A DNA stretch of 64,000 nucleotides, taken from the NCBI GenBank assembly GCA_040954595.2, contig CM082577.2, positions 1,178,001 to 1,242,000 on the forward strand, read 5' to 3'. This document shows positions 13,036 to 25,589 of this stretch, in pieces. The notes beneath the pieces are model-generated. The model did no database searches. It was given only the letters and a program-made list of their open reading frames with translations, and was not told the DNA's origin. The DNA comes from Balanoglossus misakiensis (lineage: Eukaryota; Animalia; Hemichordata). A program made the position numbers and the translations under genes. The stretch's first letter is position 1. The number at the start of each line of letters is the position of its first letter.

Positions 13036-16000
13036 CAAAATGACAAATTTTCGACTTTGCGAATTTTCAACATTTCTTCATTTTCTGAAAAAAATCATGG
13101 GTTATAGCTCATGAAAATCATCCAAAAATGACAATTTTTCAACTTTGCGAATTTTCAAAATTTCTTCATTTTCTGAAAAAAATCATGGGTTATAGCTCAT
13201 GAAAATCATCCAAAAATGACAAATTTTCGACTTTGCGAATTTTCAAAATTTCTTCATTTTCTGAAAAAAATCATGGGTTATAGCTCATGAAAATCACCCA
13301 AAAATGACAATTTTTCGACTTGCGAATTTTCAAAATTTCTTCACTTTCTGAAAAAAATCATGGGTTATAGCTCATGAAAATCATCCAAAAATGACAATTT
13401 TTCGACTTTGCGAATTTTTAAAATTTCTTCATTTTCTGAAACAAATCATGGGTTATAGCTCATGAAAATCATCCAAAAATGAAAATTTTTCGACTTTGCG
13501 AATTTTCAAAATTTCTTCATTTTCTGAAAAAAATCATGGGTTATAGCTCATGAAAATCATCCAAAAATGACAATTTTTCGACTTGCGAATTTTCAAAATT
13601 TCTTCATTTTCTGATAAAAATCATGGGTTATAGCTCATGAAAATCATCCAAAAATGACAATTTTTCGACTTTGCGAATTTTCAAAATTTCTTCATTTTCT
13701 GAAAAAAATCATGGGTTATAGCTCATAAAAATCATCCAAAAATGACAATTTTTCGACTTTGCGAATTTTCAAAATTTCTTCGTTTTCTGAAAAAATCATG
13801 GGTTATAGCTCATGAAAATCATCCAAAAATGAGAATTTTTCGACTTTGCGAATTTTCAAAATTTCTTCGTTTTCTGAAAAAAATCATGGGTTATAGCTCA
13901 TTAAAATCATCCAAAAATGACAATTTTTCGACTTTGCGAATTTTCAAAATTTCTTCGTTTTCTGAAAAAAATCATGGGTTAGAGCTCATGAAAATCATCC
14001 AAAAATGAGAATTTTTCGACTTTGCGGAATTTCAAAATTTGGCCGATTTTTGAAATAATCATGGGTTATAGCTCATGAAAATCATCCAAAAATGAGAATT
14101 TTTCGACTTTGCGGAATTTCAAAATTTGGCCGATTTTTGAAAAAATCATGGGTTATAGCTCATGAAAATCATCCAAAAATGAGAATTTTTCGACTTTGCG
14201 GAATTTCAAAATTTGGCCGATTTTTGAAAAAATCATGGGTTATAGCTCATGAAAATCATCCAAAAATGAGAATTTTTCGACTTTGCGAATTTTCAAAATT
14301 TCTTCGTTTTCTGAAAAAAATCATGGGTTATAGCTCATGAAAAGCATCCAAAAATGCCAATTTTTCGACTTTGCGAATTTTCAAAATTTCTTCATTTTCT
14401 GAAAAAAATCATGGGTTATAGCTCATGAAAATCATCCAAAAATGACAAATTTTCGACTTTGCGAATTTTCAAAATTTCTTCATTTTCTGAAAAAAATCAT
14501 GGGTTATAGCTCATGAAAATCACCCAAAAATGACAATTTTTCGACTTGCGAATTTTCAAAATTTCTTCACTTTCTGAAAAAAATCATGGGTTATAGCTCA
14601 TGAAAATCATCCAAAAATGACAATTTTTCGACTTTGCGAATTTTTAAAATTTCTTCATTTTCTGAAACAAATCATGGGTTATAGCTCATGAAAATCATCC
14701 AAAAATGAAAATTTTTCGACTTTGCGAATTTTCAAAATTTCTTCATTTTCTGAAAAAAATCATGGGTTATAGCTCATGAAAATCATCCAAAAATGACAAT
14801 TTTTCGACTTGCGAATTTTCAAAATTTCTTCATTTTCTGATAAAAATCATGGGTTATAGCTCATGAAAATCATCCAAAAATGACAATTTTTCGACTTTGC
14901 GAATTTTCAAAATTTCTTCATTTTCTGAAAAAAATCATGGGTTATAGCTCATAAAAATCATCCAAAAATGACAATTTTTCGACTTTGCGAATTTTCAAAA
15001 TTTCTTCGTTTTCTGAAAAAATCATGGGTTATAGCTCATGAAAATCATCCAAAAATGAGAATTTTTCGACTTTGCGAATTTTCAAAATTTCTTCGTTTTC
15101 TGAAAAAAATCATGGGTTATAGCTCATTAAAATCATCCAAAAATGACAATTTTTCGACTTTGCGAATTTTCAAAATTTCTTCGTTTTCTGAAAAAAATCA
15201 TGGGTTAGAGCTCATGAAAATCATCCAAAAATGAGAATTTTTCGACTTTGCGGAATTTCAAAATTTGGCCGATTTTTGAAATAATCATGGGTTATAGCTC
15301 ATGAAAATCATCCAAAAATGAGAATTTTTCGACTTTGCGGAATTTCAAAATTTGGCCGATTTTTGAAAAAATCATGGGTTATAGCTCATGAAAATCATCC
15401 AAAAATGAGAATTTTTCGACTTTGCGAATTTTCAAAATTTGTTCGTTTTCTGAAAAAAATCATGGGTTATAGCTCATGAAAAGCATCCAAAAATGCCAAT
15501 TTTTCGACTTTGCGAATTTTCAAAATTTCTTCGTTTTCTGGAAAAAATCATGGTTTATAGCTCATGAAAATCATCCAAAAATGAGAATTTTTCGACTTTG
15601 CGGAATTTCAAAATTTCTTCGTTTTCTGAAAAAAATCATGGGTTATAGCTCATGAAAATCATCCAAAAACGACAATTTTTCGACTTTGCGAATTTTCAAA
15701 ATTCGGCCGATTTTTGAAAAAATCATGGGTTATAGCTCATGAAAATCATCCAAAAATGAGAATTTTTCGACTTTGCGGAATTTCAAAATTTGGCCGATTT
15801 TTGAAAAAATCATGGGTTATAGCTCATGAAAATCATCCAAAAATGAGAATTTTTCGACTTTGCGGAATTTCAAAATTTGGCCGATTTTTGAAAAAATCAT
15901 GGGTTATAGCTCATGAAAATCATCCAAAAATGAGAATTTTTCGACTTTGCGAATTTTCAAAATTTCTTCGTTTTCTGAAAAAAATCATGGGTTATAGCTC

Positions 16001-19000
16001 ATGAAAATCACCCAAAAATGAGAATTTTTCGACTTTGCGAATTTTCAAAATTTCTTCGTTTTCTGAAAAAAATCATGGGTTATAGCTAATGAAAATCATC
16101 CAAAAACGACAATTTTTCGACTTTGCGAATTTTCAAAATTCGGCCGATTTTTGAAAAAATCATGGGTTATAGCTCATGAAAATCATTCAAAAATGAGAAT
16201 TTTTCGACTTTGCGGAATTTCAAAATTTGTCCGATTTTTGAAAAAATCATGGGTTATAGCTCATGAAAATCATCCAAAAATGAGAATTTTTCGACTTTGC
16301 GGAATTTCAAAATTTGTCCGATTTTTGAAAAAATCATGGGTTATAGCTCATGAAAATCATCCAAAAATGAGAATTTTTCGACTTTGCGGAATTTTAAAAT
16401 TTGGCCGATTTTTGAAAAAATCATGGGTTATAGCTCATGAAAATCATCCAAAAACGACAATTTTCCGACTTTGCGAATTTTCAAAATTCGGCCGATTTTT
16501 GAAAAAATCATGGGTTATAGCTCATGAAAATCATCCAAAAATGAGAATTTTTCGACTTTGCGGAATTTCAAAATTTGGCCGATTTTTGAAAAAATCATGG
16601 GTTATAGCTCATGAAAATCATCCAAAAATGAGAATTTTTCGACTTTGCGGAATTTCAAAATTTGGCTGATTTTTGAAAAAATCATGGGTTATAGCTCATG
16701 AAAATCATCCAAAAATAAGAATTTTTCGACTTTACGGAATTTCAAAATTTGGCCGATTTTTGAAAAAATCATGGGTTATAGCTCATGAAAATCATCCAAA
16801 AATGAGAATTTTTCGACTTTGCGGAATTTTAAAATTTGGCCGATTTTTGAAAAAATCATGGGTTATAGCTCATGAAAATCATCCAAAAACGACAATTTTC
16901 CGACTTTGCGAATTTTCAAAATTCGGCCGATTTTTGAAAAAATCATGGGTTATAGCTCATGAAAATCATCCAAAAATGAGAATTTTTCGACTTTGCGGAA
17001 TTTCAAAATTTGGCCGATTTTTGAAAAAATCATGGGTTATAGCTCATGAAAATCATCCAAAAATGAGAATTTTTCGACTTTGCGGAATTTCAAAATTTGG
17101 CTGATTTTTGAAAAAATCATGGGTTATAGCTCATGAAAATCATCCAAAAATAAGAATTTTTCGACTTTACGGAATTTCAAAATTTGGCCGATTTTTGAAA
17201 AAATCATGGGTTATAGCTCATGAAAATCATCCAAAAATGAGAATTTTTCGACTTTGCGGAATTTCAAAATTTGGCCGATTTTTGAAAAAATCATGGGTTA
17301 TAGCTCATGAAAATCATCCAAAAATGAGAATTTTTCGACTTTGCGGAATTTCAAAATTTGGCCGATTTTTGAAAAAATCATGGGTTATAGCTCATGAAAA
17401 TCATCCAAAAATGAGAATTTTTCGACTTTGCGGAATTTCAAAATTTGTCCGATTTTTGAAAAAATCATGGGTTATAGCTCATGAAAATCATCCAAAAATG
17501 AGAATTTTTCGACTTTGCGGAATTTTAAAATTTGGCCGATTTTTGAAAAAATCATGGGTTATAGCTCATGAAAATCATCCAAAAACGACAATTTTCCGAC
17601 TTTGCGAATTTTCAAAATTCGGCCGATTTTTGAAAAAATCATGGGTTATAGCTCATGAAAATCATCCAAAAATGAGAATTTTTCGACTTTGCGGAATTTC
17701 AAAATTTGGCCGATTTTTGAAAAAATCATGGGTTATAGCTCATGAAAATCATCCAAAAATGAGAATTTTTCGACTTTGCGGAATTTCAAAATTTGGCTGA
17801 TTTTTGAAAAAATCATGGGTTATAGCTCATGAAAATCATCCAAAAATGAGAATTTTTCGACTTTACGGAATTTCAAAATTTGGCCGATTTTTGAAAAAAT
17901 CATGGGTTATAGCTCATGAAAATCATCCAAAAATGAGAATTTTTCGACTTTGCGGAATTTCAAAATTTGGCCGATTTTTGAAAAAATCATGGGTTATAGC
18001 TCATGAAAATCATCCAAAAATGAGAATTTTTCGACTTTGCGGAATTTCAAAATTTGGCCGATTTTTGAAAAAATCATGGGTTATAGCTCATGAAAATCAT
18101 CCAAAAATGAGAATTTTTCGACTTTGCGGAATTTCAAAATTTGGCCGATTTTTGAAAAAATCATGGGTTATAGCTCATGAAAATCATCCAAAAATGAGAA
18201 TTTTTCGACTTTGCGGAATTTCAAAATTTGGCCAATTTTTGAAAAAATCATGGGTTATAGCTCATGAAAATCATCCAAAAATGAGAATTTTTCGACTTTG
18301 CGGAATTTCAAAATTTGTCCGAATTTTGAAAAAATCATGGGTTATAGCTCATGAAAATCATCCAAAAATGAGAATTTTTCGACTTTGCGGAATTTTAAAA
18401 TTTGGCCGATTTTTGAAAAAATCATGGGTTATAGCTCATGAAAATCATCCAAAAACGACAATTTTCCGACTTTGCGAATTTTCAAAATTCGGCCGATTTT
18501 TGAAAAAATCATGGGTTATAGCTCATGAAAATCATCCAAAAATGAGAATTTTTCGACTTTACGGAATTTCAAAATTTGGCCGATTTTTGAAAAAATCATG
18601 GGTTATAGCTCATGAAAATCATCCAAAAATGAGAATTTTTCGACTTTGCGGAATTTCAAAATTTGGCTGATTTTTGAAAAAATCATGGGTTATAGCTCAT
18701 GAAAATCATCCAAAAATGAGAATTTTTCGACTTTACGGAATTTCAAAATTTGGCCGATTTTTGAAAAAATCATGGGTTATAGCTCATGAAAATCATCCAA
18801 AAATGAGAATTTTTCGACTTTGCGGAATTTCAAAATTTGGCCGATTTTTGAAAAAATCATGGGTTATAGCTCATGAAAATCATCCAAAAATGAGAATTTT
18901 TCGACTTTGCGGAATTTCAAAATTTGGCCGATTTTTGAAAAAATCATGGGTTATAGCTCATGAAAATCATCCAAAAATGACAATTTTTCGACTTTGCGGA

Positions 19001-22000
19001 ATTTCAAAATTTGGCCGATTTTTGAAAAAATCATGGGTTATAGCTCATGAAAATCATCCAAAAATGAGAATTTTTCGACTTTGCGGAATTTCAAAATTTG
19101 GCCGATTTTTGAAAAAATCATGGGTTATAGCTCATGAAAATCATCCAAAAATGAGAATTTTTCGACTTTGCGGAATTTCAAAATTTGGCCGATTTTTGAA
19201 AAAATCATGGGTTATAGCTCATGAAAATCATCCAAAAATGAGAATTTTTCGACTTTGCGGAATTTCAAAATTTGGCCGATTTTTGAAAAAATCATGGGTT
19301 ATAGCTCATGAAAATCATCCAAAAATGAGAATTTTTCGACTTTGCGGAATTTCAAAATTTGGCCGATTTTTGAAAAAATCATGGGTTATAGCTCATGAAA
19401 ATCATCCAAAAATGAGAATTTTTCGACTTTACGGAATTTCAAAATTTGGCCGATTTTTGAAAAAATCATGGGTTATAGCTCATGAAAATCATCCAAAAAT
19501 GAGAATTTTTCGACTTTGCGGAATTTCAAAATTTGGCCGATTTTTGAAAAAATCATGGGTTATAGCTCATGAAAATCATCCAAAAATGAGAATTTTTCGA
19601 CTTTGCGGAATTTCAAAATTTGGCCGATTTTTGAAAAAATCATGGGTTATAGCTCATGAAAATCATCCAAAAATGAGAATTTTTCGACTTTGCGGAATTT
19701 CAAAATTTGGCCGATTTTTGAAAAAATCATGGGTTATAGCTCATGAAAATCATCCAAAAATGAGAATTTTTCGACTTTGCGGAATTTCAAAATTTGGCCG
19801 ATTTTTGAAAAAATCATGGGTTATAGCTCATGAAAATCATCCAAAAATGAGAATTTTTCGACTTTGCGGAATTTCAAAATTTGGCCGATTTTTGAAAAAA
19901 TCATGGGTTATAGCTCATGAAAATCATCCAAAAATGAGAATTTTTCGACTTTGCGGAATTTCAAAATTTGGCCGATTTTTGAAAAAATCATGGGTTATAG
20001 CTCATGAAAATCATCCAAAAATGAGAATTTTTCGACTTTGCGGAATTTCAAAATTTGGCCGATTTTTGAAAAAATCATGGGTTATAGCTCATGAAAATCA
20101 TCCAAAAATGAGAATTTTTCGACTTTGCGGAATTTCAAAATTTGGCCGATTTTTGAAAAAATCATGGGTTATAGCTCATGAAAATCATCCAAAAATGAGA
20201 ATTTTTCGACTTTACGGAATTTCAAAATTTGGCCGATTTTTGAAAAAATCATGGGTTATAGCTCATGAAAATCATCCAAAAATGAGAATTTTTCGACTTT
20301 GCGGAATTTCAAAATTTGGCCGATTTTTGAAAAAATCATGGGTTATAGCTCATGAAAATCATCCAAAAATGAGAATTTTTCGACTTTGCGGAATTTCAAA
20401 ATTTGGCCGATTTTTGAAAAAATCATGGGTTATAGCTCATGAAAATCATCCAAAAATGACAAATTTTCGACTTTGCGGAATTTCAAAATTTGGCCGATTT
20501 TTGAAAAAATCATGGGTTATAGCTCATGAAAATCATCCAAAAACGACAATTTTCCGACTTTGCGAATTTTCAAAATTCGGCCGATTTTTGAAAAAATCAT
20601 GGGTTATAGCTCATGAAAATCATCCAAAAATGAGAATTTTTCGACTTTGCGGAATTTCAAAATTTGGCCGATTTTTGAAAAAATCATGGGTTATAGCTCA
20701 TGAAAATCATCCAAAAATGAGAATTTTTCGACTTTGCGGAATTTCAAAATTTGGCTGATTTTTGAAAAAATCATGGGTTATAGCTCATGAAAATCATCCA
20801 AAAATGAGAATTTTTCGACTTTGCGGAATTTCAAAATTTGGCCGATTTTTGAAAAAATCATGGGTTATAGCTCATGAAAATCATTCAAAAATGAGAATTT
20901 TTCGACTTTGCGGAATTTCAAAATTTGGCCGATTTTTGAAAAAATCATGGGTTATAGCTCATGAAAATCATCCAAAAATGAGAATTTTTCGACTTTGCGG
21001 AATTTCAAAATTTGGCCGATTTTTGAAAAAATCATGGGTTATAGCTCATGAAAATCATCCAAAAATGAGAATTTTTCGACTTTACGGAATTTCAAAATTT
21101 GGCCGATTTTTGAAAAAATCATGGGTTATAGCTCATGAAAATCATCCAAAAATGAGAATTTTTCGACTTTGCGGAATTTCAAAATTTGGCCGATTTTTGA
21201 AAAAATCATGGGTTATAGCTCATGAAAATCATCCAAAAATGAGAATTTTTCGACTTTGCGGAATTTCAAAATTTGGCCGATTTTTGAAAAAATCATGGGT
21301 TATAGCTCATGAAAATCATCCAAAAATGAGAATTTTTCGACTTTGCGGAATTTCAAAATTTGGCCGATTTTTGAAAAAATCATGGGTTATAGCTCATGAA
21401 AATCATCCAAAAATGACAATTTTTCGACTTTGCGAATTTTCAAAATTCGGCCGATTTTTGAAAAAATCATGGGTTATAGCTCATGAAAATCATCCAAAAA
21501 TGAGAATTTTTCGACTTTGCGGAATTTTAAAATTTGGCCGATTTTTGAAAAAATCATGGGTTATAGCTCATGAAAATCATCCAAAAACGACAATTTTCCG
21601 ACTTTGCGAATTTTCAAAATTCGGCCGATTTTTGAAAAAATCATGGGTTATAGCTCATGAAAATCATCCAAAAATGAGAATTTTTCGACTTTGCGGAATT
21701 TCAAAATTTGGCCGATTTTTGAAAAAATCATGGGTTATAGCTCATGAAAATCATCCAAAAATGAGAATTTTTCGACTTTGCGGAATTTCAAAATTTGGCC
21801 GATTTTTGAAAAAATCATGGGTTATAGCTCATGAAAATCATCCAAAAATGAGAATTTTTCGACTTTACGGAATTTCAAAATTTGGCCGATTTTTGAAAAA
21901 ATCATGGGTTATAGCTCATGAAAATCATCCAAAAATGAGAATTTTTCGACTTTGCGGAATTTCAAAATTTGGCCGATTTTTGAAAAAATCATGGGTTATA

Positions 22001-25000
22001 GCTCATGAAAATCATCCAAAAATGAGAATTTTTCGACTTTGCGGAATTTCAAAATTTGGCCGATTTTTGAAAAAATCATGGGTTATAGCTCATGAAAATC
22101 ATCCAAAAATGACAAATTTTCGACTTTGCGGAATTTCAAAATTTGGCCGATTTTTGAAAAAATCATGGGTTATAGCTCATGAAAATCATCCAAAAATGAG
22201 AATTTTTCGACTTTGCGGAATTTCAAAATTTGGCCGATTTTTGAAAAAATCATGGGTTATAGCTCATGAAAATCATCCAAAAATGAGAATTTTTCGACTT
22301 TGCGGAATTTCAAAATTTGGCCGATTTTTGAAAAAATCATGGGTTATAGCTCATGAAAATCATCCAAAAATGACCATTTTTCGACTTTGCGAATTTTCAA
22401 AATTTCTTCATTTTCTGAAAAAAATTATGGGTTATAGCTCATGAAAATCATCCAAAAATGAGAATTTTTCGCCTTTGCGAATTTTCAAAATTTCTTCGTT
22501 TTCTGAAAAAAATCATGTGTTATAGCTCATGAAAATCACCCAAAAAGGACAATTTTTCGACTTTGCGAATTTTCAAAATTTCTTCGTTTTCTGAAAAAAA
22601 TCATGGGTTATAGCTCATGAAAATCATCCAAAAATGACAATTTTTCGACTTTGCGATTTTTCAAAATTTCTTCGTTTTCTGAAAAAATCATGTGTTATAG
22701 CTCATGAAAATCATCCAAAAATGACAATTTTTGGACTTTGCGATTTTTCAAAATTTCTTCGTTTTCTGAAAAAATCACGTGTTATAGCTCATGAAAATCA
22801 TCCAAAAATGACCATTTTTCGACTTTGCGAATTTTCAAAATTTCTTCATTTTCTGAAAAAAATTATGGGTTATAGCTCATGAAAATCATCCAAAAATGAG
22901 AATTTTTCGACTTTGCGAATTTTCAAAATTTAAAAATTTCTTTGTTTTCTGAAAAAAATCATGGGTTATAGCTCATGAAAATCATCCAAAAATGACAATT
23001 TTTCGACTTTGCGATTTTTCAAAATTTCTTCGTTTTCTGACAAAATCATGTGTTATAGCTCATGAAAATCATCCAAAAATGACCATTTTTCGACTTTGCG
23101 GAATTTCAAAATTTGGCCGATTTTTGAAAAAATCGTGGGTTATAGCTCATGAAAATCATCCAAAAATGAGAATTTTTCGACTTTGCGGAATTTCAAAATT
23201 TGGCCGATTTTTGAAAAAATCTTGGGTTATAGCTCATGAAAATCATCCAAAAATGAGAATTTTTCGACTTTGCGGAATTTCAAAATTTGGCCGATTTTTG
23301 AAAAAATCATGGGTTATAGCTCATGAAAATCATCCAAAAATGAGAATTTTTCGACTTTGCGGAATTTCAAAATTTGGCCGATTTTTGAAAAAATCATGGG
23401 TTATAGCTCATGAAAATCATCCAAAAATGAGAATTTTTCGACTTTGCGGAATTTCAAAATTTGGCCGATTTTTGAAAAAATCATGGGTTATAGCTCATGA
23501 AAATCATCCAAAAATGAGAATTTTTCGACTTTGCGGAATTTCAAAATTTGGCCGATTTTTGAAAAAATCATGGGTTATAGCTCATGAAAATCATCCAAAA
23601 ATGAGAATTTTTCGACTTTGCGGAATTTCAAAATTTGGCCGATTTTTGAAAAAATCATGGGTTATAGCTCATGAAAATCATCCAAAAATGACCATTTTTC
23701 GACCTTGCGAATTTTCAAAATTTCTTCATTTTCTGAAAAAAATCATGGGTTATAGCTCATGAAAATCATCCAAAAATGACAATTTTTCGACTTTGCGGAA
23801 TTTCAAAATTTGGCCGATTTTTGAAAAAATCGTGGGTTATAGCTCATGAAAATCATCCAAAAATGAGAATTTTTCGACTTTGCGAATTTTCAAAATTTCT
23901 TCGTTTTCTGAAAAAAATCATGGGTTATAGCTCATGAAAATCATCCAAAAACGACAATTTTTCGACTTTGCGATTTTTCAAAATTTCTTCGTTTTCTGAA
24001 AAAAATCATGGGTTATAGCTCATGAAAATCATCCAAAAATGACAATTTTTAGACTTTGCGAATTTTCAAAATTTCTTCGTTTTCTGAAAAAAATCATGTG
24101 TTATAGCTCATGAAAATCATCCAAAAATGACCATTTTTCGAATTTGCGAATTTTCAAAATTTCTTCATTTTCTGAAAAAAATTATGGGTTATAGCTCATG
24201 AAAATCATCCAAAAATGAGAATTTTTCGACTTTGCGAATTTTCAAAATTTCTTCGTTTTCTGAAAAAAATCATGTGTTATAGCTCATGAAAATCCCCCAA
24301 AAATGACAATTTTTCGACTTTGCGAATTTTCAAAATTTCTTCGTTTTCTGAAAAAAATCATGGGTTATAGCTCATGAAAATCATCCAAAAATGACAATTT
24401 TTCGACTTTGCGATTTTTCAAAATTTCTTCGTTTTCTGAAAAAATCATGTGTTATAGCTCATGAAAATCATCCAAAAATGACAATTTTTCGACTTTGCGA
24501 TTTTTCAAAATTTCTTCGTTTTCTGAAAAAATCATGTGTTATAGCTCATGAAAATCATCCAAAAATGACCTTTTTTCGACTTTGCGAATTTTCAAAATTT
24601 CTTCATTTTCTGAAAAAAATTATGGGTTATAGCTCATGAAAATCATCCAAAAATGAGAATTTTTCGACTTTGCGGAATTTCAAAATTTGGCCGATTTTTG
24701 AAAAAATCATGGGTTATAGCTCATGAAAATCATCTAAAAATGAGAATTTTTCGACTTTGCGAATTTTCAAAATTTCAAAATTTCTTCGTTTTCTGAAAAA
24801 AATCATGGGTTATAGCTCATGAAAATCATTTAAAAATGACAATTTTTCGACTTTGCGATTTTTCAAAATTTCTTCGTTTTCTGACAAAATCATGTGTTAT
24901 AGCTCATGAAAATCATCCAAAAATGACCATTTTTCGACTTTGCGAATTTTCAAAATTTCTTCATTTTCTGAAAAAAATCATGAGTTATAGCTAATGAAAA

Positions 25001-25216
25001 TCATCCAAAAATGACAATTTTCGACTTTGCGAATTTTTAAAATTTCTTCATTTTCTGAAAAAATCATGGGTTATAGCTCATGAAAATCATCCAAAAATGA
25101 CAATTATTCGACTTTGCGAATTTTCAAAAATTTCTTCATTTTCTGAAAAAAAATTAAAGTCGAAAAATTGTCATTTTTAAAAGATTCTCATGAGCTATAA
25201 CCGATGATTTTTTTCA
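13025..25216 (+). repeat. Satellite array 1: ~139 copies of an 87/88-bp unit (AAAATCATCCAAAAATGAGAATTTTTCGACTTTGCGGAATTTCAAAATTTGGCCGATTTTTGAAAAAATCATGGGTTATAGCTCATG), ending in an inverted partial unit
   Basis: Directly visible tandem repeat. The 29-aa periodicity in the ORF track equals 87 bp. An 88-bp variant (…TTTCTTCATTTTCTGAAAAAAA…) dominates both flanks. Confidence 0.98.
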
Positions 25217-25589
25217 TTGACAAATTGAATCAAAGTCTGGTGTATTACAGGCCACATAAACTATTAGACTGAAATGCTTCACAAACGAGGCTGTTGTTGC
25301 CACGTGACCGCAAAGAGACCGATCGCAATCAACAGGTAGTCGGGTCAAAGTCTGAAGAAGGCTCCACGCTGTTCACCTCTTCGTATTCAGAGTACCGCTT
25401 CTTCCAAATTTCGCTCATTATTATCAAGCCGGACACCATGGAAACCATACATGTGAGGTTGGGGTGCAATCACGCATTTGCAAGAGGAGCTTTGGCCAGA
25501 TATATTACCCAATTGGAAATTTGTTAACGCCCTCTAGTGTTCGATCATGATGGTTTCCCTACAAGTGATTCGAGAGCTTCTTATAATTT

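Noticed and set aside
13742-24639. Long repetitive ORFs (up to 694 aa, 29-aa repeat KKSWVIAHENHPKMRIFRLCGISKFGRFL) as a repeat protein
   Set aside because: They arise because the unit is 87 bp (a multiple of 3) and one frame lacks stops. They are broken at random by 88-bp units and point stops, mostly start at TTG, and show no splice signals or synonymous bias.
13025-25216. CRISPR array interpretation of the regular repeats
   Set aside because: No unique spacers (whole units repeat head-to-tail), no cas genes, and a eukaryotic context.
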